Positions 9,600 through 17,888 of a stretch of DNA of 64,000 nt are shown in pieces. Where the stretch lies: positions 368,724 through 432,723 of the forward strand of contig CAWFUG010000011.1 in NCBI GenBank assembly GCA_963818965.1, read 5' to 3'. The notes under the pieces are model-generated. The model searched no databases. It saw only the letters and a list, made by a program, of their open reading frames with translations, and had not been told where the DNA came from. The position numbers and the translations under genes are program-made. The stretch's first letter is position 1. Each line of letters opens with the position of its first letter. This stretch comes from an uncultured Verrucomicrobiae bacterium. Lineage in GTDB: Bacteria; Chlamydiota; Chlamydiia; Chlamydiales; Rhabdochlamydiaceae.

Positions 9600-11099
9600 A
9601 TGTCCTCAACACCCATAAGTTCATCTACAGTGCGTTACTACCGATCAGTGGCCGATGCTGAATTGATCGATTTGCAAGTGTGCCGATCCTCCTGCGATAG
9701 CGCGAGTAAAGCTCTAACGGATATTGAGTTTTATCAAACAGCCCGAGTCATCCATCGCTACTGCCGCGGCCTATTAAAAAATCTCACACGATACTTGCCC
9801 GAAGAACTGACCCGGGTAGGATTCTATGAAGTTCTAGATAAAGCCAATGAGATCATCCGAGAAGCTCAAAGAAGGATCGATCGAGATGTAACAAAATTCG
9901 AAGATCTGGCTACTCAGGGAAATGACACCGATGACATCTCAATCCTGCAAGACATCATCTCCCAAATCGAAGACCTCGACATTTCTGAAAAATTAGGTTA
10001 CTTCAAGGCGAAAAAAGATCTTAAGGTAATGCCCGATCAGCTTCTAGAAAAATACCACGCAAGGATCACTGTCCTGCAGAGTCACGTCGGGTATATAATC
10101 GATCGATCACCCGCCGCACGACTACCCGACAACAAAACGAGAGAGGAGCGTCCTATAAGAGTTATCCCTCCAGAATTTCTCTTGAAAGACTCGGTAGAAA
10201 AAACGCTCGCTATCTCAAAACTGTGGCAACAGCTCTTGGATGAGACAGACGAGCCTGAAGTACGCCCTTCCATGCGGATCGTTCAAGAGCTGTGGAATGG
10301 AGCATGGCAGAACTATCCGGAGATTCATGAAACATTGCAATCTTTGGCAATTGATTATTTCACAACTGTAGATAAGTGTGCAAAAGAAAAGGACTACAGC
10401 CCACTTAGGGAAGCTATAGACACAACACTAGAAACGCTATATGAATCTATCGATGTTGAGTTACACGGCCTCAATCAAGTAGCAATGGCTACATTAAAAC
10501 TGAACCCTATTCGTGGGTTCCAGTTTTATAATTACTTCGATGTAATTGACTTTGAGAAATCTTGGAATAAAGCGCAAAGCTTAGATGATATAGAGAAATG
10601 GATACAAGTATGGCTAGCCGACGCAGAGGCCTTAAGTCCGCAAGAAGTCCGACAAAAAGTCCAAGAGAAACAACCAAGACTAAAACTTACCCTCGAAGCC
10701 ACCTTAGTGGAGCTGCTAAAAATTCGGAACCTACAGTACGCACAGATCAAGGAGATGTTGGCAAAAGCAACCCAAAAGGCATCGCCCGCACCGGAACCTA
10801 TTGCACAAGTAGCTTATCTGCCCGATCCACAAGCATTGAAAGCTGAATCTGAAGAGATCGAAGAGATGTTCCGAAAAATCGCGGAAGACAACACTAAAAC
10901 CTTAGAAGAACAAGCGAGAAAATTCGAAGAGCAAAGAAACCATAGGTCTGAGGAAAGCAAAACGAGGATTCAGAAGACCCTGGAGCGCCAAAAAGAAGAC
11001 CTACAGAACATAGTAGACACCCACAGAAAAACCTCCGAACTCTCTACCGAAGACACAGCAGCTACAGCAGGGTCTTCCTCTCTAAAGGACAAATCTTGA
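9600..11099 (+). CDS. Hypothetical effector-like protein, array member 3 (C-terminal coiled-coil-like region)
   Basis: Shared module IDRDVTKFEDLA...TDDISILQ...SEKLGYFKAKKDLKVMP; Ser/Thr-rich N-terminus. Confidence 0.8.
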   Translation: MSSTPISSSTVRYYRSVADAELIDLQVCRSSCDSASKALTDIEFYQTARVIHRYCRGLLKNLTRYLPEELTRVGFYEVLDKANEIIREAQRRIDRDVTKFEDLATQGNDTDDISILQDIISQIEDLDISEKLGYFKAKKDLKVMPDQLLEKYHARITVLQSHVGYIIDRSPAARLPDNKTREERPIRVIPPEFLLKDSVEKTLAISKLWQQLLDETDEPEVRPSMRIVQELWNGAWQNYPEIHETLQSLAIDYFTTVDKCAKEKDYSPLREAIDTTLETLYESIDVELHGLNQVAMATLKLNPIRGFQFYNYFDVIDFEKSWNKAQSLDDIEKWIQVWLADAEALSPQEVRQKVQEKQPRLKLTLEATLVELLKIRNLQYAQIKEMLAKATQKASPAPEPIAQVAYLPDPQALKAESEEIEEMFRKIAEDNTKTLEEQARKFEEQRNHRSEESKTRIQKTLERQKEDLQNIVDTHRKTSELSTEDTAATAGSSSLKDKS

Positions 11100-11167
11100 A
11101 GAGGGGGCTCCTTAAACTTTTTTTTTACAAAACAGGTAACTAAAAGAAATAATTACAAAAAACAAAA

Positions 11168-11196
11168 TCGCCTAAAATCACATAAACAACTATAAT
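11168..11196 (+). promoter_or_regulatory. Putative sigma66 promoter of array member 4
   Basis: TCGCCT-N17-TATAAT; a homologous copy lies at 15639-15667. Confidence 0.55.
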
Positions 11197-11252
11197 AAAG
11201 CACAGAAAAACTAAAACCAATGCGTCTTTAAAGAAAATAGGAGACAACCGTT

Positions 11253-13205
11253 ATGTCAGGTGTACACAACTCTTCGCAAGTTTCATCTTATCCATCCTTT
11301 AATCTACAGGATCCAAAATACCTCGCAGGCTTGCAACGTTGTGCAGATTTGTGTGCCCAGGTATCCAGCAGTAAAAATGAAAATGATGTTGATTTTTTTA
11401 AAGACGTCAAAGAAATCGATCGGTTCTCACGCAGCACATTAAAAGAACTTTACGAATGCGGCACGCCCCAAGAGCTCATGGACTTGGGATTCTTTATGGT
11501 TCAAGGTCAAGTCAATAGAATCATCAAACAGGCTCAAAATATAATCGATCGAAATATAGCAACTCTCGAAGATCTAGCTGGTCGAGCAGAGGCTACAGAT
11601 GACCTCGAGACTCTGCAGGAGATCGTCCGCCAAATCACAGCGCTTAAGATTTCTGAAAAATTACAGTACTCCAGAGCAAAAAAAGATCTGAAGACAGTGC
11701 CCGATCGCCTCCTAGAAAAATACAATGCGAAGATCACGACGCTTCAGAGTCAACAACCCGCGCCCGCAGTCCCCCTAGCTCTCCCACAAGTTCCCTTAGA
11801 GACAGCTCAACTCACTGCTTCCAAAACACAAGCGCTGCATCCTAAGCCCCGGCGAACTCTGCCTAAACACCCGGTCTCAGTACACCATCCCGTTCCAGTA
11901 CAACACTCTATCCCAGGACACCACCCGGTCCCAGTACACCAAAAAGGCACAAACCTATTAGAGCCTCACCATTGGCAACAAGTGCAGCAGCACCTGGATG
12001 CGATTACCGATCTGCCAGGAAAAATTAGATTTTTTCGGCAGGAAACAGATAAAGCTCTAAATTCAGCCAGCTTTACTGTTCTACAGGGATTAGCGATCGA
12101 TCCACAATATCGTGATAGGGCTCAGTCCACTGACTTCACATTCGGAATATCCGGCGACCTATGCGTTCCTGGTGCTTTAACGATTATAAACCATTGTATG
12201 CAGCTGGCAAAAACCTGTGCTGAGCAACAGCTCCCCGGGAGCCCCGATTTCGAAATCTACATGAAGACGAAAATATTCGGCATCTTGGTGTCTATTTGCA
12301 GATCGGGGAATTTCGAAGCATCGTGTGGTCACAAAAGTCATGTCCTATATCCTCTCTTTGAGAAGATGTGGGTATTCCAAGAGTATAACCAACCGAGCAT
12401 CTACGATACGATGTCGAAACTCGAGGGGCATGACCAACCGACAGCTTCCACAACCCACACACAACAGCCTGAACTAAAACCCGAAAAACCAACCCGAACA
12501 GATAAAAAAGTCCCTGACAGTGGAAGCATACTGGCTAACTGGACTCCAGACAACCAACCATCCGTTCCCATGATCGAGATGTGCTGGGATGCTCTCTCCA
12601 AAAAGATACCCCTAAATTCTCCTCAGCAGACCCTCTCCTATCAACTGAAAGGGTTTTGGCAAAAAGTGCAACTGCAATCTAACTCTTATACAAAAAGTAA
12701 CGCTTTAAAACTAATAGCTAAAGAGTACTTACTGGGCCTAGAGATCATCTTTGTAAAGAAAAGTAATGGTTTCTACTCATTTGACGATGCCGTTCATACT
12801 TTCCTAACGAATCTGAGCACTGAATTGAACTTTAGCATAACAGCATACTTCAGAGCATGTTCGTGTTATCACGACAAAGTAAAGACCTTTGTGAATTTGA
12901 ATTTTCTATTCGAGGATACGCATCCTCTAGCGATTGCTACTGGTGATAAGTTCCTGAAAGAAATAAATTGTACTTATCTCCCCTTCAAATGGAACGACGG
13001 TGCATTACAGCTCGAGTGGGAGAAGCATCGAGAAAGATTCCTTGCCGCTCAAGAGGACCTCGAAGAGGAAAATCCTTTAAACGCTGATCCAGCGGTTCAG
13101 ATAGAAATGATAAAATGTCTAACGGAACGGTGCGCTCTCATCAGCAAAATCGTAAGGGGAGCTGGGATAGACCCATCTTTTTTGCATAAAAGAGGACTGG
13201 TTTAG
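11253..13205 (+). CDS. Hypothetical effector-like protein, array member 4
   Basis: Shared N-module, His/Pro repeat linker, unique central region and one Trp-rich module (WDALSKKIP). Confidence 0.8.
   Translation: MSGVHNSSQVSSYPSFNLQDPKYLAGLQRCADLCAQVSSSKNENDVDFFKDVKEIDRFSRSTLKELYECGTPQELMDLGFFMVQGQVNRIIKQAQNIIDRNIATLEDLAGRAEATDDLETLQEIVRQITALKISEKLQYSRAKKDLKTVPDRLLEKYNAKITTLQSQQPAPAVPLALPQVPLETAQLTASKTQALHPKPRRTLPKHPVSVHHPVPVQHSIPGHHPVPVHQKGTNLLEPHHWQQVQQHLDAITDLPGKIRFFRQETDKALNSASFTVLQGLAIDPQYRDRAQSTDFTFGISGDLCVPGALTIINHCMQLAKTCAEQQLPGSPDFEIYMKTKIFGILVSICRSGNFEASCGHKSHVLYPLFEKMWVFQEYNQPSIYDTMSKLEGHDQPTASTTHTQQPELKPEKPTRTDKKVPDSGSILANWTPDNQPSVPMIEMCWDALSKKIPLNSPQQTLSYQLKGFWQKVQLQSNSYTKSNALKLIAKEYLLGLEIIFVKKSNGFYSFDDAVHTFLTNLSTELNFSITAYFRACSCYHDKVKTFVNLNFLFEDTHPLAIATGDKFLKEINCTYLPFKWNDGALQLEWEKHRERFLAAQEDLEEENPLNADPAVQIEMIKCLTERCALISKIVRGAGIDPSFLHKRGLV
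11868..11939 (+). repeat. 4 x 18-bp degenerate tandem repeat encoding HPVSVH/HPVPVQ/HSIPGH/HPVPVH
   Basis: cacccggtctcagtacac catcccgttccagtacaa cactctatcccaggacac cacccggtcccagtacac. Confidence 0.8.
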
Positions 13206-13269
13206 GTTTTTAAAAAGAGCACAGACAAACTAAAACAAAAAAAATTAAAGAAATTAAGAGGTAATCTTC

Positions 13270-15414
13270 ATGTCATATCGACACGACGCTATAAGTAAAC
13301 CCATTGACCCCTTTGCTTCAAAATACCAGGAGGCATTGCAACGTTGCTTCGATTTGTTTAACGAAGCAGATGCTGCTGAAACGCAAAAGGATGACATTGG
13401 TTTTTATAGAGCGGCCAAAGAAATTAATCAGCTCGCCCACGGCCCGTTAGGTAAGATTGCCCAACGTGTCTCACGCTCCCAAGTCCGTCAGCTGGACGAA
13501 GATTTGACGACGCGGATGAACTTGGATTGGGATGACTTCTGCGAAAAAGCCGATAGCGTAGTCACACGCGCTCAAAAAAAAATCGATCGCGCTGTAGCAA
13601 AACTCCAAACACTGGCGAATCAGGCAGACGCCACAGATGACCTCGAGACCCTGCAGAAGATCGTCCACAAAATCACAACTCTCAATACTTCTGAAAAATT
13701 AAGTTTCTTCAAGGCAAAAAAAGATCTCAAGGCAATGCCCGCGAACATTCTAGACAAATACAATGCAAAGATCGTCGTAATTAAAGGCCAACTACCCCAC
13801 TCAGATCCCGCACAGACAGCGCCCTCCCCCTTTCCCCAAAATGCAATACAAGTGCCGCAGCAGATCCTCCCCCAACACGTTGCGCCTTCAACGACACCCC
13901 CTGCATCAAAAAATACGCAAACGACGACGACAACAACAGCCCCGGCTGTTCATGAGGACCATGAGATCAAATCCACACTTAATTCTTGGACAGAAACTGA
14001 CCAACTATCCGTTCCCAATATAGAAAAGCTCTGGGATGCTCTATCCAAAAAGATACCCCACAACTCTCCTGAGCAATTTTTCTCTTATACATTGAGAGGA
14101 TCATGGAAAAAGGCAGTGCAAATTCGATTTGAATCTTCTCAAGAACTTGACGACTTGAAAAACATAGCTAAGGAATACTTGACTGCGCTGGAGACTATCT
14201 TCATACAGAATAAACAGTGGTACGGATTTGACAGTTCCGCTTGCGAGTTACTAAAGAGCCTGAGCGACACTCTCGCCTCTGAATTACAGAACCGTGTGAA
14301 CGGCTATAAAAACATGCAGAAACTCCACCCAAAAAAAATGGCGAAGCTTTACCTGTCCCGCATAAATTTTGTAAGTTCTAACTACTACCCAGAACAATCT
14401 GGTGCTGAACTGAAGCGCGAATGGGATAATGGCCTAAGGGACTCGTGGAATGCAAGTTTCAAAAGGTGCTATCAGGCCAGGACTAGCCTCAACAGGTTAC
14501 AAAAAGAGGATAACATAGAGGCGTGGTTAGAATGGTTAAATTCTAAGAATGAACAATACACGCTCGTCAAAACACTTATAGATTTAGCTATAGTCGACTT
14601 AAATGCAAACAGCGCTGCAGTACAGAGCCCATTACCCCCCGCAGGTCTCACACAGACAACACAAGTCCCTGTTTCCAATAAAAAAACACAAGTGCCACAA
14701 ACGATCCCAAGCGCGCCAGTATCTGACTTAAAAGATGCTCTGGCAGCTGACAAAAACCAGAACTTCAGAATACAATGCACACTCGCTAGCTGGACCAAAG
14801 TCACTCCACCAACATCTCGCGCAATAGAACTAGTCTGGGATGAGTTATCTGAAGAGTTGACACTCCGCCCTCCTGTTTCTGCTAATGGAGCTCGTTCAGA
14901 TCAGCTTAAACTCCTATGGGGACAAGCACTTCAAGCTCATCCTTTCCCAGACAATTATGAGTTACAAGAGATGGCTAAGAAATATTTAAGTAACCTGCGT
15001 TTTATTGTATTTGAACAAAAGGACGATTCCGCATTTAATGATGCTGCTTGCTTCTTACTGGGGAACCTGCGCAGCAGTCTTACATCCAGCATAGACTCCT
15101 TGATCCAAGCATATAGACGCAAACGGATCACAGACCGACAAGTTGCCAATCTCAATTTCATGTGCGAGACTGAGGGGCTTAAGCCCGTGTCTGATCAATT
15201 CTGTCCAGAACGAGCTAGTCACCAACTAAAGCTCATGTGGGTCCAGGAGCTGAGATCTTCGTGGAATGCGAATCAAAACAGGCTCATTGCAGCCAACGCA
15301 CGCTTCAACAATAACTTGGATATCTTGGGTAATAATCCAGATAAGTTATTAGAAATGGTAAGCTGTCTCGCTGAACGGCACAAACTCATGGAGACACTCA
15401 TAGCGTGGTGCTAA
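13270..15414 (+). CDS. Hypothetical effector-like protein, array member 5
   Basis: Shared N-module followed by two Trp-rich modules (IEKLWDALSKKIP and IELVWDELSEEL). Confidence 0.8.
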   Translation: MSYRHDAISKPIDPFASKYQEALQRCFDLFNEADAAETQKDDIGFYRAAKEINQLAHGPLGKIAQRVSRSQVRQLDEDLTTRMNLDWDDFCEKADSVVTRAQKKIDRAVAKLQTLANQADATDDLETLQKIVHKITTLNTSEKLSFFKAKKDLKAMPANILDKYNAKIVVIKGQLPHSDPAQTAPSPFPQNAIQVPQQILPQHVAPSTTPPASKNTQTTTTTTAPAVHEDHEIKSTLNSWTETDQLSVPNIEKLWDALSKKIPHNSPEQFFSYTLRGSWKKAVQIRFESSQELDDLKNIAKEYLTALETIFIQNKQWYGFDSSACELLKSLSDTLASELQNRVNGYKNMQKLHPKKMAKLYLSRINFVSSNYYPEQSGAELKREWDNGLRDSWNASFKRCYQARTSLNRLQKEDNIEAWLEWLNSKNEQYTLVKTLIDLAIVDLNANSAAVQSPLPPAGLTQTTQVPVSNKKTQVPQTIPSAPVSDLKDALAADKNQNFRIQCTLASWTKVTPPTSRAIELVWDELSEELTLRPPVSANGARSDQLKLLWGQALQAHPFPDNYELQEMAKKYLSNLRFIVFEQKDDSAFNDAACFLLGNLRSSLTSSIDSLIQAYRRKRITDRQVANLNFMCETEGLKPVSDQFCPERASHQLKLMWVQELRSSWNANQNRLIAANARFNNNLDILGNNPDKLLEMVSCLAERHKLMETLIAWC

Positions 15415-15458
15415 GCTCGCGGGGTATTATAAAAGTCGCAGCTGCGGTCCTATAAGCC

Positions 15459-15498
15459 AAGGGCTGAAAGGCTAAAAATAGCCTTTCAGCCCTTCTTT
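15459..15498 (+). terminator. Intrinsic terminator hairpin
   Basis: AAGGGCTGAAAGGCTA-AAAA-TAGCCTTTCAGCCCTT followed by CTTT. Confidence 0.7.
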
Positions 15499-15638
15499 AT
15501 ATCCAAATGATCCACATATCTCCCTCTCTTATTGTGCAAACATCACCCAAACGACCTGTCTATCCACCCACAAGCACTTAAATTTCAGCTGGGTATAAAA
15601 ACCCGTTAAAAATAAATTAAAACCCCAAAAAAACAAAA

Positions 15639-15667
15639 TCGCTTAAAAACACACAATCACCTATAAT
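15639..15667 (+). promoter_or_regulatory. Putative sigma66 promoter of array member 6
   Basis: TCGCTT-N17-TATAAT; flanks are similar to 11161-11252. Confidence 0.55.
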
Positions 15668-15726
15668 AGAGCTCAGACAAACTAAATCTTAGACGTTTTT
15701 AAAGAAAAAATTAGGAGATAATCTTC

Positions 15727-17838
15727 ATGGCATATCTATACGACAATGTTAGCGGACGTACATCTTTTGACCCCTATGCTCGAAAATACCAGATAGCATT
15801 GCAAAGTTGCGCTAATTTTTGTGAAAGCGCAGACCGCGCTGAAAAGGAAAAGGATGACATTGGTTTTTATAGAATAGTCAAAGAAATCAATCGACTCGTC
15901 CGCGGACCATTAAATAATCTTCACGAGAACGCCACACCCCAACAACTCAACAAGCTGAAATTCGATGAAGTGAAGGAAAAAGCTGATAAAGTAATCGCAC
16001 GCGCTCGAGACAAAATCGATTGCACTGTAGTAAAACTTCAAAAACTGGCGAATCGGGCAGATGCTACAGATGACCTCGAGACCCTGCAGAAGATCGTCCA
16101 CAAAATCACAACCCTCAATACTTCTGAAAAATTAAGTTTCTTCAAGGCAAAAAAAGATCTCAAGGCAATGCCCGCGAACATCCTAGAAAAATACAAGGCA
16201 AAGATCGTCGTACTTGAAAGCCAACTACCTGACTCAGGTGCCACACAGACAGCGCACCCCCCTTTTTCCAACAACCAAACGCAAGCGCCGCAGCAGATCC
16301 TCCCCCAACACGTTGCGCCTTCAACGACACCCCCTGCATCAAAAAATACGCAAACGACGACGACAACAACAGCATCAGTTGCTTACGAGGACCACGAGAT
16401 CAGACAACTACTCAATTGTTGGACAAACATTAACCAACCGTCCGTTTCCAAGATAGAGGAGCTCTGGGATGCTCTATCCCAAAAGATACCCGAGAATTCT
16501 ACTGAGCGATCTCATTCTTATGAATTGAGAAAATTATGGAAAGAGATAGTGGAAATTCGATTGGAGCATTCTCAAGAACTTAACGATTTGAATAACCTGG
16601 CTAAGACATACTTGAATGAGCTGGAGCATATTTTCTTACAGGAGAGTTCTTGGTACTCATTTGATGCGACCGCTTGCAATTTAATGAGGAGGCTGAGCTC
16701 AACTCTCTACAACAGCCCACAAGCTGCCGACTCTGAATTGATGCACTTACTAAAAACGGTTATGGAAATCGAAAAATCCCGACCAGAACACACAGCTAGT
16801 TTTCAGTGCCTGTTCCCCCTAACAGTTCTCTCTGAGAACTACTACCCACAAAAATGTAGCGATCAACTGAGGTCCGAGTGGGACAGTGGCTTAAGATCTA
16901 AGTGGAATGAGAGTGTGCAAAGATGCCGTTTTGCCCAGAGGATCGTCGATAAATTACAAGGCAGCAATGATCGAGAAGCATTGTTAGAACACGTGGCGTC
17001 TTTGATTGAACAAAACAAGGTCTTCAAAACATTCTTAGAAGCAGCGGGGATAGATTTGAATGCAAATAGCGCTGCCCCACAGAGCCCACCACCTGCACAC
17101 TCTGCACCAAAAAAGTCATCCAAAGCTGAAAAGAACTCTCCCTCTGCACAGACTGCTCCAGCCGCTCCTAGTGCCAAACCAGTCGTCTCCATACCAGACT
17201 TTAAGACTGCTCTCAGTCAGCTGAAGAGCGCCCCGGATAAAGGAGCTAATGGAATCGGATCCCTCTGGTATGCGCTTGCCCAACAGGCGGCAAAGCGACT
17301 CAAGCTCCCCGATTGTATGGTCAGCGGTCTTTCTTTCCGAGCAGTGTTTGAAAACGTCGTAGCTGGCACAAAAACACAGTGGACGGCTGCATGGGATCAA
17401 GCAGAAGATTCTCAAGAGCGCGAACAATTGTTAAACGATGCCCATGTGCACATCGAGAGTTTGATTGACGCGCTCTATCTCGGTAGCTATGCCTCATTTC
17501 TTTCAAAGACACGGAAAATGATAGCGACTCAAAGTGCTACTCTTGAAGATAAGATCGAGAGGCTCACGAAAAAGCTCCAGAAAAAGAACTTTGTGTGGCC
17601 ACAGCGCAATGCAGAAGTACAGCCAGGGAATTCAGAGATGCAACAACTAGCTCTTCTCGATAAGAGAGTGCAACGTCTCGATGAGGAAAAAGACCAACTG
17701 GGACAGCTCCACCTGAACTCAAGTCTCGCTGACATAATCGCCCGCGATTCCAACGACGTGCGCCAGATGCACCTTCGTTCAGAACAGTATAATATTCTGC
17801 GAAAAATCGCTGCAACATATGGGATCCAAACTCCTTAA
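15727..17838 (+). CDS. Hypothetical effector-like protein, array member 6
   Basis: Shared N-module whose second half is nearly identical to member 5, a Trp-rich module and a divergent C-terminal domain. Confidence 0.8.
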   Translation: MAYLYDNVSGRTSFDPYARKYQIALQSCANFCESADRAEKEKDDIGFYRIVKEINRLVRGPLNNLHENATPQQLNKLKFDEVKEKADKVIARARDKIDCTVVKLQKLANRADATDDLETLQKIVHKITTLNTSEKLSFFKAKKDLKAMPANILEKYKAKIVVLESQLPDSGATQTAHPPFSNNQTQAPQQILPQHVAPSTTPPASKNTQTTTTTTASVAYEDHEIRQLLNCWTNINQPSVSKIEELWDALSQKIPENSTERSHSYELRKLWKEIVEIRLEHSQELNDLNNLAKTYLNELEHIFLQESSWYSFDATACNLMRRLSSTLYNSPQAADSELMHLLKTVMEIEKSRPEHTASFQCLFPLTVLSENYYPQKCSDQLRSEWDSGLRSKWNESVQRCRFAQRIVDKLQGSNDREALLEHVASLIEQNKVFKTFLEAAGIDLNANSAAPQSPPPAHSAPKKSSKAEKNSPSAQTAPAAPSAKPVVSIPDFKTALSQLKSAPDKGANGIGSLWYALAQQAAKRLKLPDCMVSGLSFRAVFENVVAGTKTQWTAAWDQAEDSQEREQLLNDAHVHIESLIDALYLGSYASFLSKTRKMIATQSATLEDKIERLTKKLQKKNFVWPQRNAEVQPGNSEMQQLALLDKRVQRLDEEKDQLGQLHLNSSLADIIARDSNDVRQMHLRSEQYNILRKIAATYGIQTP

Positions 17839-17856
17839 AGACGAAAGTATATCCAA

Positions 17857-17886
17857 AAGGGGGGCTCTTGTAAGAGCCCCCCTCTT
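17857..17886. terminator. Bidirectional terminator between the array and rseP
   Basis: GGGGGGCTCTT-GT-AAGAGCCCCCC with an A run on the left and TCTT on the right; flanking genes converge. Confidence 0.7.
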
Positions 17887-17888
17887 CC

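Noticed and set aside
15414..15600. GCGGGGTATTA (15419) and CTGGGTATA (15589) as further TACC elements; also TATATACCCC at 54799
   Set aside because: Single ends only, with no matching arm; at most remnants.
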